Shown here one piece after another: positions 51,501 to 64,000 of a DNA stretch of 64,000 nucleotides. How positions within the stretch are numbered: the first letter of the stretch is position 1; every line of letters starts with the position of its first letter. The DNA lies in contig CM052816.1 in the NCBI GenBank assembly GCA_028534125.1, forward strand, positions 3,350,001-3,414,000, read 5' to 3'. Under the pieces are notes generated by a model. The model saw nothing but the letters and a program-made list of their open reading frames with translations, was not told where the DNA came from and did not search any database. This stretch comes from Lama glama (Eukaryota). Both the position numbers and the translations under genes were made by a program.

Positions 51501-54500
51501 GGAGTCACGCGTGGAGGTTACCTTCCAGTGCATATTGAGAGAGAAAATGAACAGAGAAACACATCAGCAAGCCCAATAAGTAAGTGCAGATACTGATGTA
51601 CTGAAGTCTCCATGGTATAAGAAAGGAAGGGAGGGAGGGAGGATGGATCCTGGGAAAAGATTTGCAGAGATGGGAAGCAATGAAGAACTGACCTTGCAAA
51701 ACCTTTGGGTGTTCTTGACAGGGGGAGCAGCTGATATCAAAGACCCTGCTCTTCCGGGACTTTAAAGTGAGTGCCCCACTAAGTGTGCCTCACCTTAGAC
51801 CTGCCCCTGTACCAGAGCCCTAGGGGGAGCATGGCTTGGGGTGTTCAAGGTTCAGAAAGAAGGCAGGTATGATAGAAGCACGATAGATAAAGGAAACAGA
51901 ATAAATGAATCAGAAAGTCAAAGAGAGGGACCACGGATGAAGAATCTAGTATGCCATGGTTGAGAATTAATTTAAATACTCTAAAACAGTTATGGGGGGC
52001 TTTAAAGTAGGGTATAATATCTGATTCCTCATTTTAAAATTTTATTTTAGGTATTTCATAGACAGTAGATCACATGGAGCCTTGAGTGTCGGCGGGAGCC
52101 CAGCTCGAAGCCAACTCAGTCCCATAGGAATGAAGTGGAGGGAACTTGTGGTGAAAGTCTCAAGCAAAAATGCACAGGTAGCTTTGAGAATATTATCTAC
52201 AGAAGGTTTGTCTGTGTAAGGATGGAGGGTAAGACAGGGTGGAGGGTAATAGACAACGGAGTTGCTTGCTTCTCCTAAAAACAGTTGGGAGGGGGCACTG
52301 CACCTGCTGGTTTCTGCGTGTGCCTCTCTGACCCAAATCTTAACATTCCAAGCTCCTGGGCCCTCCTCTTCCTCTTTCAAGGCTGCACCATGAACTGCTG
52401 CCTCCACGGAGTCTTAGTTACTTACTCCTGCCCCTGGGAATCTCCTGTTTGAAGTCTTACATCACTTGCTTTGTTCTCTGCTCTTTTGGCGTTGAGCCTT
52501 GTTCTGTTAGGGTCTATTTGTGTAACTCTAAGCTCTCTATCTGTTTCTGTACCTCATGTCTTTCCTCCCTCCCTCCTTCCCACTTTCCCTTCTTTTCTTT
52601 CTTCCACAGAGAATGAATGAGTAGTATGTACCAGGCACTGTTGTAGACACTGGTGATGCCATCTTTAGCAAACTGGGCACCAGCCCTTGTAAAGGCTATA
52701 ACTGAATGGAGGATGGAGTGGGGGAATAATGTTAGTATATTAATCACATTAATAAATAGGTAATTATACTCTGAAGAAAGGGTATGTGCTGTTGTGGCAG
52801 AGTGTAAGAAAAGGTGGTGACCTAGTGTAGGGAGATCAAGGAAGGCTTCCCCAAGCAAGTGACATTTAAAATGGAGATCTTAAAGCTGATGAAAATCTCA
52901 GCCTTCTCAGTGAGATGGGAGAAAATGGAACATGAACTGAGATGGGGAGATCATGTGATGGATTCCGGTGTCCACTCTCGGGGTAAAGGGAGAACACTGA
53001 AGGGACATGCCGGCTTCTGATGAGGGTCATTGGGCCGTGATCACAGTCACCGGGTGAGAAGCTCACATGGGCTTCTGAGGGGTGCTGGGTAGAGTGGGTG
53101 CAGGGGGACCATCAGGAGGTGGTAGCGATGCTGGCAGCTTCCATGAGGAAGGGGACTCTAGGAAATGGAGAGAAGTGGGGAGATTCTAGAGGAACTTGAG
53201 TGGCAAAGCTTGCCAAGGCTCCCGTTTCTTTTTGGACACAAAGTGGGGGCTCCCAGAAGTGAATGAAGACGAAGATTTGTCCTGGAATATATGGCTCGTA
53301 ACAGACTTCCTTGCAGAAGACCCGTGTGGCAGGGGTTGCTGATTTTCAGGACCGCCCTTTACATGGAGGACTCTAGAGCAAGAAGGCATTGCACCCTTCG
53401 TGATAACCCAGTGGAACCCCAGTTGCCTGTGGGCAGCAACTGTTAATAGTCATCAGAACCATTCATCAGGGAGGCTGTGTGGGCTCTGGAGACATATGGG
53501 AGTTATCTAAGTTCTCTTTGTCTCAGCTACATGCTCTGTAAATTAGGGTGAGTACTTCCTAACTCACAGGGTGGTTGTAAGGATTAGATGAAATAATTCA
53601 TTTTGCACAGTGACTAACACATAGTAAGTACTCAGTAAATATTAGTTACTATTATTATCAGAATCATGGTGGCCTCCATCTCAGTAAAAGGAAACAAGAT
53701 CAAGAAGGAATGTTTGATCATTTTAAAGCATGTAAATACCATCACAGAGGGTCCTTCACCATTAAGCAGCCTATGCAAAGCCACAGGCTCTGAAGTGGTG
53801 GAGCTGGTCTTTGACCCAGATCTTCCTGACACCAAAAGCTGTGTTTTTGACCACTATGCAATAATGCTGCCAAAAACAAGGAAAGGGGACCATCTCCCCA
53901 CCCACCATCTTTAATTTAGGAAGCGTGCATGCTGTAAGAGGTGTTTTAGCTGCTAGCTCAGACTGTGGGCTAAGGGGAAGCAGAGTGGTGGCCCTTATCC
54001 CAACACTGACCACAAGGGTGACCTTGACTGTTTTTCCTGCCCCATGTAAATGGTAATAGCACCCACGCCACGTGAGCACAGTGAACTTGATTCCTGAGGT
54101 GCAAAGAGTCATTAAACCTTTCCACTTCTCCCAGGGGCCTTTCAGAAGATAAGATGGTCCTATCCATACCAAGCTCCTAACATGCTTTTCTCAAGAAATG
54201 CTCAGCATTGCTTGAGGCAGGCAGTATTTGGATCCTTACTTTGCAAATAGGAAATGGAGGCTTAAAGAGATTGAGTGTCTTGCCTGAGATCCCACATCCA
54301 GAAAGTGATAGAAAGGAGTGTTGGAATCTGACTCCAGCTGACCATGCTGGCCTCAGCCACCTGTGGCTCTGCTCCCACCTGTGCTGCCCCTTCCATCCTT
54401 TGCTTACTCAGAGTGCCCGAGCCCCCCCCATTTCTTTCTTTTACCCCTAAAAAGGATCTTTTATCAGTCATGTGCAACTAAGCACGGTGTTCAGTCGGTA

Positions 54501-54537
54501 ACTACCCCTGCAGACATCATTTTTATTTAAGCCTGCC

Positions 54538-54750
54538 CAGGGTGCACTGGAGTCTGCTTGTGTTGGCCCATGGGAGCTGACGGTTAAATTTTCAGGAATC
54601 CTGTGAACCTGTAGACTTCACATCAGTAGTTTCACGTTGGTTATAATGGGAGTATTTACACTCCAGAAATTGGCAAACGCTGCAAACAGAGGCTCTCCAG
54701 CACTCTCTGGTGCCACCCCCACTACAGTGATTGTTAAACCAGCACACCCC
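54538..54750. mobile_element. hAT-Blackjack MER63-like
   Basis: ggttaaattttcaggaatcctgtgaacc...atgggagtatttacactccagaaattggcaaacgctgcaa...ccagcacacc. Confidence 0.6.
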
Positions 54751-55471
54751 TGGACTCTGGGCTCTAACTTCCCTTGTCCTCTGTTAAAGAATGTCCAACA
54801 TCAGGGACCACTTTGCTAAGGAACTGGCAGGCACAAGCGGGTGTGTGAAAGCGCACCTGCTGGTGAGCCTCTACCTGCCGACCCTGCTTCTTTCTGTCCC
54901 ACTGCTGCAAGCACCACAAGGAGCCTGCCAGCCCCACTGAAAACACTTGCACCTCTCAATATGGCAAGCAGGCGTCTGACATCAGATCTAAATCTGTGTT
55001 AAACAAAAGGCTCACTCAGTACACATTATAATGACAATGGGCATGGATAGTTGAAGTTAAAAAGATGCTTATTTTGGAGAACGACAGTATTTGTTCCTGA
55101 ACATTAAGAAGGATTATTTTTGTGTGAAATCATAAATCTACAGAATTTTAGAGCTTCTATGAGCATCATTTTACTAATGAGAAGATAAAAGAAATTGAGA
55201 ACCTGAGAGGGAAAATGTTGGCCCAGCATCACACATCTCATGATGCATATATGTCTCTTCCCACAAACCTGTATTTGGACATGAATAGAGGGAAGCCAGG
55301 ACCCTGAGGTTACCTGACTTTGAAGTATCCTCTCATGTTTCCCTTCATTTGAAAGTGAGTGTGTTATGCCACTTTGTATCTCCTTCACAGATACAATAAT
55401 GATACAAATAATAGTTAATCTTTACTAGGTGCTTACTCGGTGACAGGGCTTATGCAAAGTACTTTGTATGG

Positions 55472-55553
55472 TAAGTGGAACTAACTATATGAAATTGCCA
55501 ATATTTGTTCTTTTTTGATCTACCAAATGGTAATTTCAGATAGGTCAGTCTAA
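55472..55553. mobile_element. Mariner-derived MITE, MADE2-like palindrome
   Basis: ~80 bp imperfect hairpin ctatatgaaattgcca...tggtaatttcagatag. Confidence 0.7.
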
Positions 55554-57658
55554 ACACATTCTCTTAATTTTTTCCATGAAGTGAATACTATTATCATACC
55601 CATTTTATAGACAGGAAGATAGAGGCTTTAATTTAAAAATAAAAACTTTCTTCTCATCAGTATAATGCTAGTTTTCTTCATAGGCAATGAACAAATGCAC
55701 TCCTATGGTCAAATCGATGCCCCTAAGCAATGGTACATACCTAGGGCATGAATGATGATAACTCATCTTTTGCCTTTCTCAATGACCTTGGAAAAATTTC
55801 TAAGCAATACATTGCTATAATATTTAAAGAAATGCTTTTTAAAATGTTATTTATGACTATAAAGCATAGGCACCAGAAAATGAGAAATGTGATGTCTGTG
55901 CATTGCACACCTGCTGTCTCCCACGTGGAAATGTTAGAACCATACAGCTCAGGACTCCCCAGAATGAATGAATTGTTCTAAACTTTTCATAATGCGCGAA
56001 TGAAGAAGCTCAGCTATTTTACAACATTGTCTACATGCAAATGATAACCAACAAAATTCTGAACTAAGACCATTTGGTTGTATGACTGTTGGCATAATAT
56101 TGTACAGAATCAGAAGCAAACAGTTCACAAATAACAATTACACTCACAAACAATTAGTACTAACTACTTGACATGATGCTAGGTTGAGTGTTGAATCGGG
56201 GAGGGGGGGAAATTGGTGAAAACTATACAATGGACATTGAAAAAAATATTTGAAGGTAAATGACTGCTCTTTAAATACGAAGTGAGAACTTCTAATGTCC
56301 CATTCACAATAAGAAAAAGAAAAATTGCCTGACACCATGTGATTAATCAGCTCTAAATGATGAAATCTCCAAGTTGAATACTTGCCTATTGGCCATCTAT
56401 TAATTTAGTCAACAAGTAGTTATTCAGTCCTCACCAAAGGGGCCTTGCACATAAGTAATTCCATATTCTTCCCGATCGGTTGATTATTACAAGTAAGAAT
56501 CCACTTAAGATGAGCAAGTCTTTTTACTTCTAAAGAAGAGGCAGTGTTCTTTCACCTGCAACTTAGAAGTCCTGGCACCCATAGGCTGCATACCCAGCCT
56601 GGCCTCCTTCAGGGCTCCATTCACTGAACACTCCAAAGCCCAGCTCTCAAAAGACCCCGGAGCCATGCCTCCACCTATGGAGTCTGATCCCAGCCCAGAA
56701 TCAGAGTGCCTTTGTCTCTAAGTGACCGTCAAGCATCTAGCGTTACTTCCCCTACCTCCCTGACGATGGAAAAATAATACTACGATACAGTAAGAAGTCA
56801 AACCTGCTTTGAAAAATTGCTGAGAAGGGCTGCACAAATGCTACTTCATAGAAACAAAGGATTTTAAAGAAGAAAGGAATGTTATAGGTGGTATTTCCAG
56901 CGCTTTCATTTTGTTCAAAAAGAAGCTGACATGGAAGGTACAGACATTTGCCTAACTAAGCTAAGTCACCCAGAGACAAGCAGAGTTTGATCTCCTGACC
57001 CCTCTTCCTTTTTGTACCAGACTACATTGTTATGACTATTCCTGTTGCTTTTGTTACCATTAGTATTATGGAATATAAGAATACCTTTAAATATAAAAAG
57101 ACTGACTAGCTACGCAGCTGCAAACTTCTGGGTGAGAACTGCTGCTCTTTCCTGCAAAGCATTTTGTGCGTGATAACCTTAGTCTCCTGGGAAGTTCTCC
57201 AAGGAATGAAGAGGTTTACCACTGGGTCTTGCAAATCTTAGACAATTAAGTACCCAGGGACTATCATTCCAGACGTCAGGTGAGTGAAGACCACTGAGAC
57301 AATTAAAATTGAATTTGCAAAAATGTTGACACTGGATGCGTCACTTAATCATTCCTTTTGCCACTTAAAATACTACAATTTTAAAGTTAAACTTTACCTT
57401 GTAAGGGAAATATAAACTAATGAATAATAAACTTACTCTTTTACAGTTTTTAAAGCTGAAAGCACCTAATACAATTACCCCATCTCTTGACTTTTCTCCA
57501 CATTCTCTTCCATTTACTCCACCTGTACTTTTAGGTTGTTACAACAAGCACATTGGGTTCCCTGTGTTCTTATTTTGTTCTATGTGTATCCTCATGATTC
57601 AGCCCAGTCTAAATATAAAGTACTGCCTAAAAAAGACCAAAACAAAGTGCTCACATAC

Positions 57659-57796
57659 CCCATGACGGTCCTCAAAGTATGCCAGGCTGGTTTTGGTTAA
57701 AACAAAGAATCGGACTTTAAAGTTTGAAGGAGACGTTCTTCTCTTCTGCTGGGATTTCTTGATGAGCTGCTCTTCCAGGAGGATAGAGTTGTTCAT
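57659..57796 (-). CDS. ITK: ITK exon 1 coding part (PH domain N-terminus)
   Basis: ATG at 57796; [46 protein letters not shown]; donor GGG|gtatgt; 138 nt, ends in phase 0. Confidence 0.98.
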
Positions 57797-58010
57797 GATC
57801 CAATTCTTGAAAAGTGATGCACCTTGGGCATCACCCCTCCGCACAACCAGAGAAGACAGCTTCAGGGCCAGGAATGTGCTGGAGAGGCAGTTGATCTTCA
57901 GAGGGCTGTTCAAAGACAACCTGCCTCCAACGTTATCTCTCTATCAATGTTCAGTCAACATCGTAGAGCTTCTCCTCTGATGTCAAAGCCCGTAACCACA
58001 TCCTATCGAA
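57797..58010 (-). promoter_or_regulatory. ITK: ITK 5' UTR (to ~57878) and proximal promoter
   Basis: 5' UTR resembles human ITK leader (recalled); minus-strand motifs AGGATGTGGTT (ETS:RUNX, 57994-58004), CTTTGA/CTTTGAA (TCF/LEF, 57983-57988, 57909-57915), AGATAA (GATA, 57933-57938). Confidence 0.75.
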
Positions 58011-58213
58011 ATTCACAAAACCAAGAGGCATATGTAAAAATCATACATACCCTTTGCTGTACGGTTTAGAAATGATGTTTAAAGAACCTTAGACTCAAAA
58101 TGACATGACAGATTCAGGTTTAATCTTTACCGTTCCCGGTTTAGCCCTTCCAGCAGTGAAGGCACATCATGGCAGGGGTAGGGACACGGGCTTTGGAGCC
58201 AGTGGACGTACTA

Positions 58214-58693
58214 TGTGTCTTAGTTTTCTGTTGGCTGCTGTAACAAATTATCACAAGTTCGGTGCTTCACAAATTTGTTATAAGTCTGTAGTCAGAAGTC
58301 CAAAATGGGTCTCCCTAGGCTAAAATCAAGATGTCAGCAGGGTTATGGTCCTTTCTGAAAGATCTGTAAGGTAGAATCTGTTTTCTGCCCTTTCCAGCTT
58401 CTAGGACCACCTACATCCCTTGACTCGCAGTGCTCCTCCTCCATCTCCAAAGCCCACGACAGCAGGTCAAGTCCTCTCATCTCATACACCTGTATCCTCT
58501 TCTCTCCCTCTTCCATGTTTAAGGATCCTTGAGATTACCTTGGTTTGCCTGGATCATCTAAAATAAGCCCCCTGTTTCAAGGTCTGTTTATTAGCAACCT
58601 TAATTCCATGTTCTATCTTAATTCCTCTTTGTCGTGAAATCTAGCATATGCACGGATTCTAGGCATTAGGACAAGGATATCTTTATCTACCAG
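58214..58693 (-). mobile_element. ERVL-MaLR solo LTR (MLT1 family)
   Basis: tgtcttagttttctgttggctgctgtaacaaattatcacaa...aaatcaagatgtcagcaggg...cttccagcttctagg is the reverse complement of an MLT1 LTR. Confidence 0.8.
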
Positions 58694-59999
58694 AGTTTGG
58701 CTTCATCAGCTAACTAGCTGTGAGACTGTAGGCAAATTACTCAAGAGCTCTTGAGCCTCAGCATTTTTGCCCATGAAGGGGATAAATGGTGGCCTTAATG
58801 AGGCACTGCAGGGCCGCTCTCTGGCTTCCTTCCTCACCTCATGCCTTGCTCACACATGCTCCCTCCAGCCCTCATGCATGCTCCGCAGGCGGCTTTGAAC
58901 ATTGGCTCATTTTGCCTGAAAACCTCTCCTCTCCCCTACTTTGCCCGCTTTCACTCTAAGTTACACTGCTAGTCTCAGCATACATGTCACCTCCCCAGGG
59001 GAGCCTTCCTGGATTTACTAAGTCAAAACTACCAATTATATGTGGATGGCACCTTATGATATACCCCTGTATCGGCTGTAATTGCACTTTTTGGAGGGTG
59101 ATTTTTGGATTAATGTTTGTCTCCCCTACTAGTCTAGAAGCTCCCTAATGGTAAGGACTTTACGTGGCTTTGTTCACCGTTATATACTCAGCAACCATCA
59201 TGGTGCCTCACACATAAAAAGGATATTTAGAAAAATGTGTTGAATACTCACCAAACTGGGTTGGACAATTGTAAGAGACAATGGGCATAAAATACTGAAG
59301 GGGAATATATTAAAGCTTATTATTTTTTTAAACATAAATGAAAGCCCATAGAAGTTTCTCTGGCTGACAGATAAAATGATTGCCTTTCCATCCCAGAGCT
59401 CCAAGGAAGAGCAGAAAATAAGTAAATCTTTCAGAATGGTGTAATAAACAAAGCACACGTGGGCTCAGAAGATACCTAAGTTATGTTGGTGTCCCAGCTC
59501 TGTCTCTTACTGAACTGTTTCTCTTTGAGGATGCTACTTACCCTTGATGATCCTTAGCTCCCCAGAGAGAGTTCTTTTGGGGACTAAATCCCATAAACTC
59601 TGAGTGGTGGCTGTTAGTCATGTATCTTGCCTTAGCATTAGGACATAAACTATTGTATGTGAGTCCTACTTCCAGCATGAAGTAAAAAGCAAGAAATCTC
59701 AGGGCCAGCTTTCAGAGGTGGCACATACCAGACAGGGATAAGTAATGAAACAACAGTCGGTTATCTAAAATGTGTAGGAGTGCGGTTATCTAAAATGTGT
59801 TTTTTTAATGTAAATTACCGGACTACAGCTTAATCTGGTCTCATATATTGGGTGCCCTAGCATAATCAAGACACTCAGGATTGTGGGGGAAAGGATACTT
59901 TAAATGATTTCTCCACCTCCATTCTGAGGTTTTAAGACAATAGGTGTGAAAATATGCTGCCCAAGAGTTAGTTTTTTTTTTTCTCTTGTGAATATGGGC

Positions 60000-60464
60000 T
60001 TGAGACAGGGATTGCCATTTTCTCCAAGTATGTATTCTCCCCTTCTTCCCAGGTAACTGACTCTGTGAAGGTTATCTGGGCATCTGGCCTGCCAGAATAA
60101 AGATTGCATTTTTCAGTCATGTTAACTGTTTTCTAGCTAATTGAACAGAACAGAATTTATGAGCACTACTTTCGGGAAATATCCTTAATGGCAATTATCA
60201 TACTGCTTTCATTCTCTTTTTCCTTCTTCCTGCTGACTAGAATGTGGATGTGATGGTCGGAGCTGGAGCAGCCATGATATATCATGAGGTAGAAACTGCA
60301 TGTTGAGGACAGTGGAGCATAAGATCCTGAGATCGTAATGATCTTGGATCCTCCACACAGCCAGGGAGCACTTTTTCTTTAACATAAAAAGAAAATTTTA
60401 TTTTCAAAGGTCCTATTATTTTGAGGTTCTGCCACAAACAGCAAACGTAAGTCTAACTAATACA
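60000..60464 (+). mobile_element. Old MLT1-family LTR remnant (start approximate)
   Basis: gaatgtggatgtgatggtcggagctggagcagccat...ctaactaataca terminus. Confidence 0.55.
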
Positions 60465-60739
60465 GAGTATATTCCAAACTAGACTGTAAAGTCCTTTGAG
60501 AAGGGTAGATTTATACCCGGTTTGTTCATGTTGAAAGATTTACAGACTTCACAAAGTATTCTCATGTGGGAAAGCAAAAAGTCATCAGTAGGAGCCTTTC
60601 ATTTGCCAAGTTTCCACAGAGTGTAATTACAAGTACCTTTATTCTCTCTCTCAGCACCCTCAAGCCCACTCACTAGGTTTGGTCTTTGCCCTTACCTAAA
60701 CATAAACTTAAGAAGCCCGATAATTTCCCCACCACTCTA

Positions 60740-62340
60740 AGGAAAACATACATAAGAATAATCCTTTTGTTTTGGTTTTAAAACTCCAATTCACAGGACC
60801 CAAATTCAAGAAGCTCCTACTTGTCAAAGATGGAACAACTTGGGTATCAAATAAGGCTTTTCAATGAATTGCAGAACAGTCAAAATGTTAAAATCACAAG
60901 TTCATAAGATTCTTGAAAAAAATTCCAACCTATCGATCACTTTCAGAGGATGCTGGAGAACCAATTTATTATTCTCAAAACTAGAAAACAAAGGGAAAGA
61001 AGGAAACATATTTCTTATATTCCTGAAGATCTGTATCCCAGTTCAATAATCAAATATTTAATGAGGAAAACTCCTTCTTTACAGAAGAATTCCAATGACT
61101 AAATTAAGGAGTGCTAGAATATTACCCTTTTGCAATCCTAATGACGTAATGGATTTAGGCAGTGATCCTCAGTTGCTGCAAAAATCATTATGTGAAAAGC
61201 CAATAGGAAAATTTGTAATTGATTTATTAGACTGATAACATTGTAACACACAGATTGATCTTCACAGCACAAAAAGAGAGACAACCAGACATTATATATT
61301 TCCTGATGTGATGTAGTAGGAAATACACAAAACCACCTACGCAGAAGTCTTGCCAAAAAAAGAAAAAAAAATCAAACATTAATCTCATCAAACCTCTAGA
61401 TGTAAATTCGAGTTTGCAGGAAATGCAAGAGATAAAGGAACATGACAAATGACAGCACAGAGATGCAATTGGATAAATCCAGAATGCAGTTGACCCTCTG
61501 AATTTGCGGGTTCTGCATCTGTGGATTCAACCAACTGTGGATCCAAAAAAAAAAAAAAAAAAATTCTGGGAAGTTCCAAAAAGCAAAACCTGAATTTACC
61601 ATGAATCAGCAACTATTTACATGGCATTTGCAATGTATTTATAACTATTTTTATAGCACTTATATTGCATTAGGTATTGTAAGTAACCTAGAGATAATTT
61701 AAAGTATACAGGAGGATGTGTGTAGGTTATATGCAAATACTACACCATTTTATATAAGGGACTTGAGCATCCTGAGGTTTTGGTATTGGTGGTGGGGGAA
61801 TAGATCTACTGTGGGATGATTGAACTCAAACCACTAAAGACAAATGACCCTGTGTCTGTAACAAATAAATCATAGGGAGAACCCATAGATTAAAAGAGAC
61901 TTTAAGAGACATATCAAGCATGAGCTGATTTTATCCAGATTTAGATTCAAGCAGATCAATTGCTTAAAGACATTATGAGACACCTGAGAGATCAGAATAC
62001 TGACTGCATAGTTGATGATTAATTACTTTGAAATTTTAAGGCATGAAAATGGTGCTTTATCTTAAGAGTCCTCATTTTGCACAAAAACAGACTGAAATAA
62101 TTATTGATAAAATAACGAAATGTGTGAGATTTGCTTTGTTATAATCCACGGGAGGGGCAGAAATAGGTAGAGGAAGAGATCACAAATGTTCGGTTGAGCT
62201 GACAATCGAAGCTGGGTGGTGGGTAAGTTGGGGGTTTTTTATTCTAGTCTCCTTACATTGCTCTGTGTTCCAAAATTTTAATAAGTTTTTATAAATTTTG
62301 GTAAGTTTTAAAATAAATTTTTAATAATTTTTTCAGTTAA
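60740..62340 (+). mobile_element. Old L1M (L1MC/MD-type) 3' region
   Basis: A-rich degenerate L1 3' UTR motifs (aatctcatcaaacctctaga..., gaagctgggtggtgggta..., ataataatttttt); bounds approximate. Confidence 0.6.
61487..61800. mobile_element. TcMar-Tigger MER2/Tigger3-like element nested in old L1
   Basis: cagttgaccctctg...gggttctgcatctgtggattcaaccaac...gttatatgcaaatactacaccattttatataagggacttgagcatcc. Confidence 0.75.
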
Positions 62341-63096
62341 GAAAAGAAAAAGGCCTGTCCATTTCAGTCTAATAACCAAAACTCCAAACATGTATTCAGT
62401 TTAATGCTTTTCCTCAACCTAAGCAGAAGTCTGCTACAGGCTTTGAAGCATATTGCCTTTTCTACTACGTCCTAACTCCTTCTCCTTCCCCGCACACTCG
62501 CCTTGCTCCAGACTCACCCCTTCAGGGGCAGGCTTGTGGGGGAGAAGGGAAAGAAGCACCGAATTCAATGAGGTTACAGCTGCCATCTGGGGTTGCTGCC
62601 CTCTGAATGTGGTCGATACCCAGTTGCTTTTTCTTTCATGGGAAGGTGTTGTCGTGTGCATTGTTGTCATTATTTTCAGAACTCTGCCAGCAGTTTTCTT
62701 GATGTGGGAGATGCCAGTCTGACTCCCAAAGAGCACAACCTTCAGCTCTTGGGCTTCTTCTGATCCACCTCCAGCATTCTCCTGTCCCTCCCAACTCTGC
62801 TGGGACCCCTTTGCCCTATTGGTTATCCTCTTGGGTAAATTTCCCTTAAAGTGCCTGTCACTTGGTTTCTGGTGGATGCAAACACCTGCCCTCCTTCTCC
62901 CTGTGTGACACATAGGGCCCCTAAAACTCTCTCTTTTGACTTTTCAAGCTGTTGTTTTCTAAAGACTGGAAGTGGGTGAACACTATTAACTGGCAAACTT
63001 GTTTTGCTTCTTACTGTCAAGCATGGATAATAGAGTATTCCGTTTTAGAATAGGATGGCACCGGTTCCTTGAATGGCATTACTTTAGACCCTTAAT

Positions 63097-63228
63097 GGGG
63101 AGGATACAGCTCAAGTGGTAGAGTGCATGCTTGGCGTACACAAGGTCCTGGGTTCAATCCCCAGTACCTCCTCTAAAAATAAATAAGTAAATAAACCTAA
63201 TTACCACCTTCCCCAACAACAACAAAAA
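63097..63228 (+). mobile_element. tRNA-derived SINE, Vic-1-like
   Basis: ggggaggatacagctcaagtggtagag...ggttcaatcccc; degenerate TSD agacccttaa / agatcttaa. Confidence 0.88.
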
Positions 63229-64000
63229 GATCTTAACTGAATCTGAGCTTGATAAGCTCGCTTAACATCCTGTAACAAAGAAACAACCAATTCAGGCTGG
63301 CACTCCTGAATCCAGCTACTTGAATAGTGACATCCACAATTTTGATTTCTGTTTCTTAGTTTTGTGTCGGCTTCACCCTTAGGCAGGCTTTCCTAGGCAG
63401 GAGTCCTAGGCTGATCTTTTACCACTGAAACTGGATTTTTTTTCTGCTAATAGTTCCAGCCAAAGTGCCTGAACTGAGAATCATTGCCCTGGCTTGGTGA
63501 CATGCTAACATGTACGTCAGTTGTTACAACCAAGGCAGAATATTCCGCTGTCTGTTTCTAGGTCTTCACCCTCTCCTAGATTTGGGGATGGAGTCAGCCC
63601 TGCCCAGCCACATGGACTGGGAAGAGGAGGAGCGCACCCTCCGGAGGAACACCAGCGTGTTGTCTCTGGAGGAAGTGGGCTGGTTGCCGGCTCATCGATA
63701 AATGGTCTCACCCTTAGCCTAACCTCAAGCTCATTTTTGTTGCTCTATTGTTTGAGGCCCTGCATTTCCAATCCTCTTCTCTGGTCCAGAGAATAGCCAT
63801 TTGATAAAGGAAGACGCTTCTTACATTACCTCAGAGCCCCTCTGTGTCCAAGACAAAGATTCTTCAACTGTCCTCTTAGGATGTGGCTTCCAAGGCCTTT
63901 GTTGATTCTTGTGGTTCTCATCCAAACTTGATCAGGCTGGTTTGTATCTGTTTCAGAGTGATCCCCAGAACATTTTGGTAATTGCATAGCCTCTTCTTTC

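Noticed and set aside
57797..57919. N-terminal extension of ITK suggested by the ORF track (57599..57919)
   Set aside because: Starts at a non-ATG codon upstream of the probable TSS; the first in-frame ATG is 57796, matching known ITK
62434..62913. 159-aa minus-strand ORF upstream of ITK
   Set aside because: No recognisable homology or splice structure; sequence looks like a degenerate LTR-type remnant; not recognisable as neighbouring FAM71B/GARIN3

Overview
Mammalian genomic DNA, most likely camelid (alpaca/camel), judged from seven copies of a Vic-1-like tRNA-derived SINE and young L1 3' ends. The window holds almost the whole ITK gene (Tec-family T-cell kinase) on the minus strand. The ATG is at 57796, the stop at 16552-16554, and a polyA signal at 14266-14271. 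I found 15 of the 17 coding exons, with canonical GT-AG sites and consistent phases. Exons 2-3 (PH-domain core) are not visible and probably lie in the 500-N gap at 47910-48409. Downstream, also on the minus strand, are the CpG-island promoter and non-coding first exon(s) of CYFIP2, plus a probable alternative first exon near 2.8 kb. Between the genes is a full-length U2 snRNA retrocopy with target-site duplications. The rest is ordinary interspersed repeats, microsatellites and three assembly gaps. I see no evidence of a wholly new biological system. The best leads are regulatory: a uORF whose stop overlaps the ITK start codon, inverted lineage-specific SINEs flanking kinase exons 12-13, a miR-155 8mer, and an ETS/IRF plus palindrome element at the putative alternative CYFIP2 promoter. 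Repeat subfamily names and comparisons to human are from memory, not from a search.
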